A stretch of DNA of 64,000 nt from an uncultured Enterobacteriaceae bacterium (GCA_964477695.1 CAYZFN010000228.1:10281-74280); one strand, 5' to 3'. Positions 50,925 to 59,944 are shown, counted from the first letter of the stretch. Notes: generated by a model from the letters alone, not told the origin. Numbers and translations: made by a program.

Positions 50925-52004
50925 GTGACCACCGGATCGCCTGCGCTGACGCGGGTCCGCCTCGCGCGCCTGGCGCGCATCCTCGCGTTGAGCGGGCTGA
51001 TCGGCGCGCTGTACGGCAGGGGCACGGTTGACTCTTCGATCGGCGCAGCGGTCGGCGCGATCAGCGGCGCGCTCATCGGCGGCGCGATCGCCGCCATCGA
51101 GATCTTCGCGCTGCGGAGCGCAGCGTTGCGGCGGCTTGCGGCCCTGCCCTTCGCCCTGCTGATCGCGCTGAAGACCCTCGCCTACGGCTCGATCGCCGCG
51201 GCAATCGTCGGCTCGCACCTGGGCGAGCGCCTGGTCGGCGTGCCGCCCGGCTACGCGGTGGCAGAGATGCCGCGCATGGTCGGCTTCTCGCTCCTCGTCA
51301 CGCTGCTCTTCGTGATCGTGCTGCAGGCGGCCGGGCTGGTCGGCTACCGGACGTTCTCCAGCCTGCTGCTCGGCCGCTACCGGCAGCCGCGCTCCGAGCG
51401 GCGCTTCTTCCTCTTCGTCGACCTGGTCGGCTCGACCGCGCTCGCCGAGCGCGTCGGCCCGCTCGCCGCGCACCGCTTCCTCGCCGCCGTGTTCACGACG
51501 GTCGCCGAGCCGATCGCCGCCGCGGCGGGCGAGATCCATCAGTACGTGGGCGACGAGGTGGTCGTGACCTGGACCGAAGCGGGCGCATTGCCCGAGGCGC
51601 GCGCGCTGCGCTGCTTCTTCGACATGCGTGCCGCGCTCTCCGTCCGGGGCGAAGAGCTGCGCCAGCGCTTCGGCATCGCACCCGAGCTGCGCGCCGCGCT
51701 GCATGCGGGCGAGGTGGTCGCGGGCGAAGTCGGCGAGGAGCGCCGGGCGATCGTCTTCCATGGCGACGTCATGAACACCGCGGCGCGGCTCGAGCAGGCG
51801 ACGCGCGACCTGGGATGCCGCTTCATCGCCTCCGAAGAGGCGTTGCGCACGCTCGGAAAACTGGACGGCTACGACTGCCGCAGCCTGGGCACGCTGCCCC
51901 TTCGCGGACGGAGCGAACCCATTCACGCGTTTGCCGTTGAGAGGCTTTATACCGGAGAGTTGGCGGGCGCCGCCCGCTCCCAGAGCGCCGAGCGCCAGCG
52001 GTAG
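50925..52004 (+). CDS. Membrane-anchored class III adenylate/guanylate cyclase
   Basis: GTG 50925. About 4 N-terminal TM helices, then FFLFVDLVGSTALAE, YVGDEVVVTW, LHAGEVVAGEVG, FHGDVMNTAARLE. Confidence 0.85.
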   Translation: MTTGSPALTRVRLARLARILALSGLIGALYGRGTVDSSIGAAVGAISGALIGGAIAAIEIFALRSAALRRLAALPFALLIALKTLAYGSIAAAIVGSHLGERLVGVPPGYAVAEMPRMVGFSLLVTLLFVIVLQAAGLVGYRTFSSLLLGRYRQPRSERRFFLFVDLVGSTALAERVGPLAAHRFLAAVFTTVAEPIAAAAGEIHQYVGDEVVVTWTEAGALPEARALRCFFDMRAALSVRGEELRQRFGIAPELRAALHAGEVVAGEVGEERRAIVFHGDVMNTAARLEQATRDLGCRFIASEEALRTLGKLDGYDCRSLGTLPLRGRSEPIHAFAVERLYTGELAGAARSQSAERQR

Positions 52005-53191
52005 CCGATGGCGATCGTCGCAGCGAGCCCGACGCCTGCATAGAGGACCGTCGTGGCCGCGTAGCCGAGGTGGGCGATGACCGGCCCGGCGGCGAGCAGC
52101 CCGAGCGGCAGCCCCCAGATGGCGAGCATGCGGATGCCCATGACCCGGCCGCGCATCTCGTCGCTCGCCGAGCGCAGCATCACCGCCGCAAGCGGCGTCA
52201 TGCAGAAGCTCTGCGCGAACCCGGAAAGGAAGAGCAGCACGAGCCCCGGCCCCAGGGCGCGCGACTGGCCGAACGCGAGGATGATCGCGAACCACAGTGC
52301 GGCCGCCGCGAGCATGATGCGTCCCGCGCGCAGCGGCGCACGGCGCGCGCCGAGCAGGAGCGAGCCGACGAACGCGCCCGCGGCGAACGCCGCCGCCAGG
52401 TAGCCGAGGCCCGCCTGGCCGACGGCATAGACATCCTTCGCCACATACGGCAGCAGCCCGAGGAAAAAGGGGAACGCAAGCAGGTTGACGAGGAACGCGA
52501 CGCTGAAGGCGCCGAGCTGATCGGCGTTGTGCCAGACGTAGCCGACCGCCTGCTTCAAGCCAAGCAGCGCGCGCGCCGCGCCGCCGCTCGCCTGCGCTGC
52601 GCGCGGCGGCGGACCGGCGACGCCGAGCGAAAGGACGAACGCGGTCGCATACATGCCCGTCACGATGACGTACGCGGGCCCCATGCCGATCAGCGCAACC
52701 CCGGCGGTCCCCGCCAGCGCGCCCGCGATGCGCGCGGTATCCGAGGTCGTGCGCGCAATGCCGAGCGCCGCCATCAGGAGCTCGGGGCGCATCGTCTGAC
52801 CGACGAGCACGTAGCGCATGACGTTGTCCGACGGACGCATGAGGCCGGCGAGCGCCGCGATGGCGAACACGTGCCACGGCGCGAGCGCGCCGCTCAGCGT
52901 AAGCGCCATCAGCGCCGCGGCGAGCAGCGCATAGGCGGCGCGCGTCGCGCAAAGGAGAAAGCGAAAGCCGAGGCGATCGCCGAGCACGCCGAAGAACGGC
53001 GAGAAGAGCGAGCCGAGCCACACCAGCGCGCCGAGCAGCACCAGCTGCTCGACCGAGCCGGTCGTGGCCAGCACGTACCAGCCGAGGATCAGGTTCTCCA
53101 TCTCGAATGCCCACGAGGTAATGAGGTCCGCCGGCCACTGGAAGCGGAAGCTCGGTACGTGGAACGGCGCGACCAGCGACGAGGAACGCAT
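51947..53191 (-). CDS. MFS transporter (EntS/MFS_3-like)
   Basis: 414 aa, 12 predicted TM. SFRFQWPADLITSWAFEME and GVLGDRLGFR motifs. The 3' end overlaps the cyclase 3' end by 58 nt. Confidence 0.8.
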   Translation of the reverse strand: MRSSSLVAPFHVPSFRFQWPADLITSWAFEMENLILGWYVLATTGSVEQLVLLGALVWLGSLFSPFFGVLGDRLGFRFLLCATRAAYALLAAALMALTLSGALAPWHVFAIAALAGLMRPSDNVMRYVLVGQTMRPELLMAALGIARTTSDTARIAGALAGTAGVALIGMGPAYVIVTGMYATAFVLSLGVAGPPPRAAQASGGAARALLGLKQAVGYVWHNADQLGAFSVAFLVNLLAFPFFLGLLPYVAKDVYAVGQAGLGYLAAAFAAGAFVGSLLLGARRAPLRAGRIMLAAAALWFAIILAFGQSRALGPGLVLLFLSGFAQSFCMTPLAAVMLRSASDEMRGRVMGIRMLAIWGLPLGLLAAGPVIAHLGYAATTVLYAGVGLAATIAIGYRWRSALWERAAPANSPV

Positions 53192-53277
53192 CGGCGCGGC
53201 GGAAGATACACGTTAAAACCTGTGAAGCGATGCCGGTTCGCATAGCGGCTCGCGCGCGCGTCCGTACAGTGTCGTGC

Positions 53278-54486
53278 ATGCAAAGGAAGTCCGTCCCGGT
53301 CGGCGAGCTGCAGTTCGGCATGTACATCGCCGAGCTCGATCGCCCCTGGACCGATACGCCGTTCATGTTCCAGGGATTCGCGCTACGCACCGGGCAGCAG
53401 CTCGAGGCGCTGCGCAAGTACTGCCGCCATGTCTTCATCGACGTGGCGCGCAGCGAGCACGCTCCGGCCGCAGGATCGCGGGTAGCGCAGCAGTCCGCGC
53501 CGTCGAGCGCAGCCGCCTTCGGCATCCACGGCAATGCCGGCTACGCGGCGCAGGCGGATCTCGAGCACGAGATCGCGCTTGCGAGCGCCGTATACGCGAG
53601 CACGCTGCCGGCGCTCGAGCAGCTGCTGCAGCCGCTCAAGAACGGCAGCGCGAGCCTCGCCGGCCGCGACGTGCACAACATCGTGCACGAGCTCGCCGAG
53701 AGCGTGATCCGCAACCCCGATGCTTTGCTTCTCCTTTCGCGGAACCGCGACACGAGCGCACCGGCCCATGCGCGGGCGCTGCAGGTCTCGGTGGCGATGA
53801 TGGCTTTCGGCCGTTTCCTGCAGCGCGAGGGCGACGAAATCCTGCTCCTCGGGCTGCTCGGGTTACTGCAGGACGTCGGCCTGTGCCGGCTGCCGCCCGC
53901 GGCGCTCCTCGCACGCCGGGAGAACCCGAACGCCGAGGAAAGCGAGCTCATGAAGAAGCACGTCGAGCTTTCGGCGCACATCCTCGGACTTGCTTCCGGA
54001 CTGCCGCCGAGGCTCGCGTCGCTCGCGCTGCTGCACCACGAGCGGCAGGATGGCGGCGGCTATCCGCGCGGCTTGCGCGGCTACCAGATCGGCCTGCTCG
54101 GCTCGATGGCCGCCATCTGCGACGCCTACGACTCGCTGCTCGCCCCGCCGCCGCATGGCGCAGGGCACTCGCCGTCCGCGGCGGTGAAGCTGCTGCTTCA
54201 GGGGCGCGGCACGGCGTTCCACGGCCCGCTGCTCGAGCAGTTCATCCGCTGGCTCGGCGCGTTTCCGGTCGGCGCCGCGGTCGAGCTCGACTCGGGCGAG
54301 ACGGGGATCGTCGTCGCCGAGAACGTGCTGCAGCGCCTGAAGCCGAAGGTGCGCGTGCTCGCCGATCGCGCCGGCCGCCCGCTGCGGCCGCGCAGGACGG
54401 TCGACCTCGCCGTGGACCCGGGCCTGCGCATTCGCCGCACGCTGGAAGAGGGCAAGCTCGCCTTCGACGCGCGCCGGCTTTTCTAG
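53278..54486 (+). CDS. HD-GYP domain phosphodiesterase with DUF3391-like N-terminal domain
   Basis: ATG 53278: MQRKSVPVGELQFGMYIAELDRPWTDTPFMFQGF. HD-GYP core: LLGLLQDVG, HHERQDGGGYPRGL, ICDAYDSL. Confidence 0.85.
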   Translation: MQRKSVPVGELQFGMYIAELDRPWTDTPFMFQGFALRTGQQLEALRKYCRHVFIDVARSEHAPAAGSRVAQQSAPSSAAAFGIHGNAGYAAQADLEHEIALASAVYASTLPALEQLLQPLKNGSASLAGRDVHNIVHELAESVIRNPDALLLLSRNRDTSAPAHARALQVSVAMMAFGRFLQREGDEILLLGLLGLLQDVGLCRLPPAALLARRENPNAEESELMKKHVELSAHILGLASGLPPRLASLALLHHERQDGGGYPRGLRGYQIGLLGSMAAICDAYDSLLAPPPHGAGHSPSAAVKLLLQGRGTAFHGPLLEQFIRWLGAFPVGAAVELDSGETGIVVAENVLQRLKPKVRVLADRAGRPLRPRRTVDLAVDPGLRIRRTLEEGKLAFDARRLF

Positions 54487-54944
54487 CCCGCACGCGCCCT
54501 AGCGAGGGCAACCGTTACGCCGAGCAGGTACAGCAGAGCCGGCGGAACGAAGGCGAGCTCGATCGTCTGCCGGAACCGGAAATGCCAGCGAGTCGCCGTA
54601 TCGGCTTCGTAACGCAGCAGGATCGGGCGCAGATCGACCTGCGGGTACGCGCCCTGGGCGGCGACGATGAACGCTTCGTCGCCCAGGCGGGTGCGCAGGA
54701 TCTTGGCGCTGATCGGCACCATGGGATCGCCGTTGATCGTTCCCTCGATGGCGTCGGCCCAGATGCGCAGGCGATCCTCCGCGCTCTGGTACTGCCAGAG
54801 AATTGCGAACATCACGAGCGAGAGCCAGATGATCGTCGCAACGAGCCAGCTTTCGCGCCAGCCGCCGCTCAGCTTCAGGCGCTCGAGATTCGCGTGTCCG
54901 GCCAGCATACGAGAGGCAAGCCTAGGCGCCGAACCTTGCAGCAC
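54483..54944 (-). CDS. Hypothetical membrane protein (up to 153 aa, two hydrophobic helices)
   Basis: WLVATIIWLSLVMFAILW and FVPPALLYLLGVTVALA. Last gene of a 3-gene - strand set. Start ambiguous (54944 or 54908). Confidence 0.45.
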   Translation of the reverse strand: MLQGSAPRLASRMLAGHANLERLKLSGGWRESWLVATIIWLSLVMFAILWQYQSAEDRLRIWADAIEGTINGDPMVPISAKILRTRLGDEAFIVAAQGAYPQVDLRPILLRYEADTATRWHFRFRQTIELAFVPPALLYLLGVTVALARARAG

Positions 54945-54968
54945 CCCGTCGAGAACCTGCGCCGTCGA

Positions 54969-55232
54969 TCAGGAAGCGCCGTCGGCGCGGAACTGCAGGA
55001 CCTGGTCGGTGCGGTAGAGGCGATCGGCCGTGCAGTTCGGGCACGACACGCGAAACACGAGCGGACGCTTTGAAGTGAAAGGCTGCGCGCCCGCGCTCGG
55101 ATCGTCGAGCGCCGCGAAGCGCGTATGGCACGCCGTGCACTCGAAGCCGAAATACCACTTGCCGGGTTTCAGCTCGCCGGGCTTCTTTGCCGTGACGTTG
55201 TAGGTTGCCTGGAAACCGGACCCTTCGAACAC
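54969..55232 (-). CDS. Small two-CxxC (zinc-ribbon-like) protein (87 aa)
   Basis: I chose GTG 55232 because AAGGTGGAG lies 7 nt upstream. Sequence: MFEGSGFQATYNVTAKKPGELKPGKWYFGFECTACHTRF...RVSCPNCTADRLY. The longer track ORF (to 55370) overlaps the upstream gene. Confidence 0.45.
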   Translation of the reverse strand: MFEGSGFQATYNVTAKKPGELKPGKWYFGFECTACHTRFAALDDPSAGAQPFTSKRPLVFRVSCPNCTADRLYRTDQVLQFRADGAS

Positions 55233-55276
55233 GCGCGAATCTCCACCTTGCGGAGCATCTATCCTACGCGCTGTTT

Positions 55277-55924
55277 CTATTCCCTGGGCCTCGCCGCCTG
55301 CCCGGTGACGATCTCGAGTGCCGCGAAGTAAACGCTGCCGTCGGCCGGCAGGCCGTCGCCGGACAACCACCGCTCGATGTCTTCGAGTTTCACGTCGAGC
55401 GCCTCGGCCACCGCCTTTTCGCTGCCGAGAATCTCTATCGCGCGCCGCAGGGTGCGGATCTTCGGGTCTTCCGCAGCGCCCTGCGGCGGCGCGGCCGGCG
55501 GCTCGGTCGGAACGACCGCGAAGCTGAACGGCAGCCCGGCGCGCTTGATGATCGAGATGGCGAACAGCACATCGGAACGCTTTGCCACCAGCGCCTCGAA
55601 GACCTTGCCGTCATTCGCGCGCAGCTGCGTCGCTCCGTCGACGAAGCGGTACAGGACCAGGTTGACCGGAACCTGGACGCGCCTCTGGGTCACCGCGCCG
55701 ACGGTATAGACCGGCACGATGCGGGACAGGGCGCTCGCGGCGATATTGAGCGCATCTTCATAATCGCCGCGATTGACCACCGCCTTGCTCGAGGGATGGA
55801 CCTGGTGGAAGGTCGCAGCCGCTGCCAGGGAAATGGGCACGAACTCGTCCCGAGCCGCCTGCCATTGCGCTTCCACGCGCAGGCGCTCGACTTCCAGGCT
55901 TAGCTTCCGCTCCTTGTCAGACAC
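55277..55924 (-). CDS. Hypothetical protein (about 215 aa) with C-terminal HTH-like segment
   Basis: No internal ATG. GTG 55924 with GGGGGAAG upstream is the first plausible start. The N-terminal 140 aa of the track ORF are Arg/Ala/Ser junk overlapping the STAND gene. C-terminus: AIEILGSEKAVAEALDVKLEDIERWLSGDGLP. Confidence 0.45.
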   Translation of the reverse strand: MSDKERKLSLEVERLRVEAQWQAARDEFVPISLAAAATFHQVHPSSKAVVNRGDYEDALNIAASALSRIVPVYTVGAVTQRRVQVPVNLVLYRFVDGATQLRANDGKVFEALVAKRSDVLFAISIIKRAGLPFSFAVVPTEPPAAPPQGAAEDPKIRTLRRAIEILGSEKAVAEALDVKLEDIERWLSGDGLPADGSVYFAALEIVTGQAARPRE

Positions 55925-56276
55925 GTCTTCCCCCTGCGGCGGATATTGTGCGCCGTCGAACCATCCTAATGTGATCCTCGACACATAACGCACCGCGCCG
56001 GCGGTCGAAGTGCACCCGCAAGAGGTGTACGCTACGCACGGAAATGCACTATCCAGAGAAAAAGCCTTGCGTGCTGAGCGAGTTGTATTCGTTGCCGTGG
56101 TATCCGCGCAGGACGACCAGCGTTCGGGTCGCCCACGGCGAGGAAGCAAGGGCGGCGATGGCGATGCTGACTGCCAAATCGCGCTACCTGATCGATCGCG
56201 CGCGGCGCGCCATCGCGCTTTCGCATGCTCTCGTCCCCCAAGCGCGGCGCGAGGGCCCTGAACTAATCTAGCCCGG

Positions 56277-59162
56277 TCATGCGCGAGAGCGCAGCCGGCG
56301 CACGCGCGCGATCGCCTGGCCGAGCTCGGAGTGCGGTCCGGCATGAACCTCTAGCGCGATCGCCTGCGCTTCGCCGAGCAGGGCCTCGCTGAGCGCGTTG
56401 GCGCCGGCGAGCTGCTCGGTCTCCGCATGGCTGCATTTCAGTATCCCGAGGCTGAACTTGTCGGACGCCGCTTGCAGCAGATCGTGTCCCGCGCTCAGGC
56501 ACTGCCGCGCGGCAGCGAACCGGCCCTGGTGCGCATCCACCAGGGCAAGATAGCTGAGGAACTGGCCTTCCGAGCGCCGATCCTTCAGATCGCGCGCGAT
56601 CGCCAGCGCGGCCTGCAGGCCCGCTCTTGCGCGCTCGGGCTCACCCGCCGCGTCCTGAACGATGGCGAGGTTGCACAGAATGAGGCTTTCGAGCCGGGCG
56701 TTGCCGGTCTCGCGCGCCAGCGTCAGCGCGCGTTCCAGCGCCGCGGCCGCTTCGGAGCTCCTGCCCTCCAGCTGATGCAGCAGCCCGAGGTTGGAGAGCG
56801 TGTTGCCCTCCCACTGGCGATCGCCGATCTCGCGCGCCACCCCGAGCGCCGACTCGTAGAGCGCGCGCGCTTCCTTCATTTCGCCCTGCTCGATATGGAG
56901 GATGCCGAGATTGCTGAGCGTGCGGCCCTCGCGGCGCCGGTCGTTCAGGCCGCGCGAGACGTGCAACGCATTCTCGAAGTGGCGGCGCGCGTCTCCCATC
57001 TTCCCTTGCACCTCGGACAAGCTGCCCAACGCGTTATGGGCTTCCCATTCGACCGCCCGATCGACCCTGCCGGCGATCGCGAGCGCGGCCTCGAAATGGG
57101 CCTGCGCGTCGCGCATGTCTCCCTGGTTGAAGTCGAGCCAGCCGAGGCTGCTCAGTGCGCGCGCTTCGCATTTTTCGTCGGCCGAACGGCGAGCGAAACC
57201 GAGGGCATCGAGCAGATGCTTTCGCGCATCGTCCGGCTCGCCGGTCGAGGCCGAGGCGTTTCCCGCGACCCACGCCACGGTTGCCCGGGCCCTGCGATCC
57301 TCCAGCGGCAGCGATGCAACCAGCGAGGCCAGCTCGACGCCGACACGGTAGGGACCGCGCAGCTGGATCGCTGCCCACGCACCCTCGAGCGCCCGCACAG
57401 CCTCGCGGACGGCGCCGCGAGCGCAGGCACGCCGGCACGCGAGGATGAGGTTATCGATCTCGACGCAGCGATTCGCGACGGCATCGGCCTCCCCGAGCCC
57501 GGCGAAGTAGTTCCAGTGCCGCTCTTCGGCGGACGAGGCGGCGCCTGGGCCGCCGCCCGGAAAGCCAGCCTCGGCTCGCAAGTGATCCGATGCGTATTCC
57601 TGGACGCTGACGAGCAGGTCGAACCTTCCGTCGCCGCGCGTCCTGACGAACGACTTGTCGACCAGCGAGTGCACCGCTGCGGCGGGCGAATCGCCACTCG
57701 CCGCGCCTTCGGGCAGCTGCAGCACCGCTTCTGCGGATTCGAGAGAGAACCCGCCCTGAAAGACGGACAGCTGCGCGAGCGCGCACTTATCGGAGGTCGA
57801 CAAGAGGTCCCAGGACCAGTCGAACGTAGCTCGCAGCGTCGCCTGCCGGTCGCGGCGCGCGCCCGCGGAAGCGAGCAGGTTGAACCGCTCGTTCATCCGC
57901 GCGAGCAGGTCCCGGGGGCGCATCACGCGGCTTCGCGCGGCGGCGAGCTCTATCGCGAGCGGCAATCCGTCCAGCAGCTCGGCGAGCTGCGCAATGGCCT
58001 GCTCGTCGTCGTTCGTCACGTGAAACTGCTTGCACGCCGAGCGCGCACGCTCGAGGAACAGCGTCGCCGCGTCGGCGCGCGGCAGCGGCGGCAGCGCGAG
58101 CGTCTCTTCGCCGGCCAAGCCCAGCACTTCGCGCGTCGTGACGAGAAAGCGCGCGCGGCTCGCCCGGTCCAGCCATCGTCCGAGCGTTTCCTGCGCGTAT
58201 CGCGACACCTGCTCGAAATTGTCGAGGATCACCAGGCAATCGCCGCGCCCGGCGATAGCGCCGCCGAGCTGCGCGACCGGATCTTCCTTCCCGAGCGGCA
58301 CATCGAGCGCCTCGGCGACGGCCTGGGCGATACCGTCCAGGCTGCGCGCCGAGGACAGGTCGCAGAACCAGACGCCGCCCGGGAAATCGCCGAGCGAAGT
58401 CCAGGCGAACCGCTTGACCAGCCGTGTCTTGCCGCTGCCGCCGATCCCGAGCACCGAAACGAGGGAGGCTCCTTCGGCGAAGCGCGTTGCCAGATCGGCG
58501 AGATGGGGGCCCCGTCCGACGAACGTGTCGCGCTCGGGCGGGATGCGATGCTTTATGTCTCGCAACGGCAGCCAGAGGTCGGCATTGCGCACGACGCGAT
58601 AGACACTCGGGGTCTCGCCCGGCGGCGTCGGCGGCACATCGCCTTCAGCCAGCTCGAGCAGCTCTACCGGCTCCGGGATGCCCTTCAGGCGCCACCAGCC
58701 ATGCGAGCGGGTATTCAGGCTGGTCTCGCCAAGGGCCACGCGCGCCTCGGCCGTCAGCAGCGTCTGGCCGCCTTGCGCGACCGACATCACGCGCGCCGCG
58801 ATCGGCTTCGCGAGGCCATCCACTTCCAGGGGTTTTGCGCCGAGCGCGACGTCCGACGCACTGTTCTCGCGCAGCCGCACGGGGCCGACGTGCAGCCCGG
58901 CGCGTGCCTTGATCGGCACCTCGAGCGCTGTCAGCGCGCGGTGATAGGCCAGCGCATAACCGACCGCATCCGCGCCGTTGTCGAAGAGCAGCAGCATTCC
59001 GTCGCTCTTGTCGATTTCGCGCCCGCGCCATTCGCGCAGCAGATCGCGCGCCATGCGATCGTGCGCCGCCCAAAGCTTCGCCATCGCCGCGTCACCGAGG
59101 CTTGCGGAAAGCCTCGTGCTGTCGACGACGTCGGTCAGGAGCAGGGCGCGCACCACGCTCAT
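56277..59162 (-). CDS. Class III nucleotidyl cyclase domain + STAND P-loop NTPase + TPR-repeat protein (about 960 aa)
   Basis: ATG 59162 (MSVVRALLLTDVVDSTRL); the track start is 59192. Cyclase motifs: KSDGMLLLF, AGLHVGPV, DGLAKPIAARV. Walker A VLGIGGSGKTRL, Walker B-like CLVILDNFEQV. The C-terminal half is TPR-like (repeated A...Al.ia.e.gd...eg..L.nLG). Confidence 0.85.
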   Translation of the reverse strand: MSVVRALLLTDVVDSTRLSASLGDAAMAKLWAAHDRMARDLLREWRGREIDKSDGMLLLFDNGADAVGYALAYHRALTALEVPIKARAGLHVGPVRLRENSASDVALGAKPLEVDGLAKPIAARVMSVAQGGQTLLTAEARVALGETSLNTRSHGWWRLKGIPEPVELLELAEGDVPPTPPGETPSVYRVVRNADLWLPLRDIKHRIPPERDTFVGRGPHLADLATRFAEGASLVSVLGIGGSGKTRLVKRFAWTSLGDFPGGVWFCDLSSARSLDGIAQAVAEALDVPLGKEDPVAQLGGAIAGRGDCLVILDNFEQVSRYAQETLGRWLDRASRARFLVTTREVLGLAGEETLALPPLPRADAATLFLERARSACKQFHVTNDDEQAIAQLAELLDGLPLAIELAAARSRVMRPRDLLARMNERFNLLASAGARRDRQATLRATFDWSWDLLSTSDKCALAQLSVFQGGFSLESAEAVLQLPEGAASGDSPAAAVHSLVDKSFVRTRGDGRFDLLVSVQEYASDHLRAEAGFPGGGPGAASSAEERHWNYFAGLGEADAVANRCVEIDNLILACRRACARGAVREAVRALEGAWAAIQLRGPYRVGVELASLVASLPLEDRRARATVAWVAGNASASTGEPDDARKHLLDALGFARRSADEKCEARALSSLGWLDFNQGDMRDAQAHFEAALAIAGRVDRAVEWEAHNALGSLSEVQGKMGDARRHFENALHVSRGLNDRRREGRTLSNLGILHIEQGEMKEARALYESALGVAREIGDRQWEGNTLSNLGLLHQLEGRSSEAAAALERALTLARETGNARLESLILCNLAIVQDAAGEPERARAGLQAALAIARDLKDRRSEGQFLSYLALVDAHQGRFAAARQCLSAGHDLLQAASDKFSLGILKCSHAETEQLAGANALSEALLGEAQAIALEVHAGPHSELGQAIARVRRLRSRA

Positions 59163-59459
59163 GCGACCGACAGTCTGTAGTGTTTGGCGCAACGCGCCAA
59201 GCCGTTGGCGTGTTCTGCCTACCCGTCGGGCGCGCGGCGCCGTTACCTTCGCGGGCTTCCTATGGTGCTCAAGCCGACCGAGGACGAAGAACCCGTGCCG
59301 CCGTCGCTGCTGCTTCGCCTGGCCGTCGGTTCGCCCGCAGGGCTGGCCATTTTCCTCATTTGGCTTCTCTGGCGCTCCTTCGTCTCATGAAAGCGAAATC
59401 GTCAGCTACTCGTGAAAAGGTTGTTCTTCGCCGGGCCGGCGCGGCGCTAACCTTGGCCT

Positions 59460-59639
59460 ATGAAACAGAATACGGCCAAGGGGCTGTTGGAAATGATGGT
59501 GGCCTGCCTGGGCATCACGGCCGTATCCGAGCGCCTCAGGGTTCCGATCGCCATCGTGGAAGACTGGATGCGGCTCGATACTGAAATCCCCCAGCGCCGG
59601 CTGGACGACGTAGCCGGCCTTCTCGACAAGGTGCAGTAA
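59460..59639 (+). CDS. Possible small HTH-like protein (59 aa)
   Basis: Not in the track (<60 aa). My translation: MKQNTAKGLLEMMVACLGITAVSERLRVPIAIVEDWMRLDTEIPQRRLDDVAGLLDKVQ, stop TAA 59637-59639. Two hairpins and a T9 run follow immediately. Confidence 0.4.
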   Translation: MKQNTAKGLLEMMVACLGITAVSERLRVPIAIVEDWMRLDTEIPQRRLDDVAGLLDKVQ

Positions 59640-59675
59640 AAGCGCCCTTGCCCTCCCGAAATAGGGCGCTCGTCC

Positions 59676-59708
59676 GAGGCTCGGCCCCCGCCGGGCCTCT
59701 TTTTTTTT
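59676..59708 (+). terminator. Rho-independent terminator
   Basis: GAGGCTCGGC-CCC-GCCGGGCCTC (10-bp stem with one G-U pair) followed by T9 (59700-59708). A second hairpin AGCGCCCT...AGGGCGCT lies at 59641-59670. Confidence 0.7.
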
Positions 59709-59771
59709 CGGCGCGACATTTCTCGCAGCGCCGCGGTCGCTGCCCGAACTAGACTCGCCGCGGAGGCCGAC

Positions 59772-59939
59772 ATGACCATGACCCACGACATGAGCCCGGA
59801 GATGCCGGGCGCCGATCACTTTCTGAACCGAACGGGCCGGCGCCGTTTCGATTGGCTCGTTTGCTTCGTCTTTGTCGGCGGCGCTATCGCCGTCGCAGGG
59901 TTCTTTGCCCTGCTTGCCCGGACCAACGGACTGATCTGA
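59772..59939 (+). CDS. Possible small membrane protein (55 aa)
   Basis: GGAGG 5 nt upstream of ATG 59772. MTMTHDMSPEMPGADHFLNRTGRRRFDWLVCFVFVGGAIAVAGFFALLARTNGLI, stop TGA 59937-59939. Not in the track. Confidence 0.35.
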   Translation: MTMTHDMSPEMPGADHFLNRTGRRRFDWLVCFVFVGGAIAVAGFFALLARTNGLI

Positions 59940-59944
59940 CGCGC

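Noticed and set aside
50835-53534. 899-aa - strand ORF spanning the cyclase and MFS genes.
   Set aside because: It runs through two well-supported genes on both strands and has Arg/Ala-rich junk composition.
56044-56271. 75-aa + strand ORF in the lower-GC spacer downstream of the STAND gene.
   Set aside because: No SD and no recognisable motif. It may simply fill a non-coding promoter region for the downstream - strand genes. Left unannotated.
59102-59819. Track ORFs 59102..59584 (+), 59184..59390 (+), 59406..59819 (-) and 59447..59791 (-).
   Set aside because: They are mutually overlapping with junk-like composition. A shorter HTH-like ORF (59460-59639) ending at a terminator explains the region better. 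The - strand ORFs would run through that terminator.
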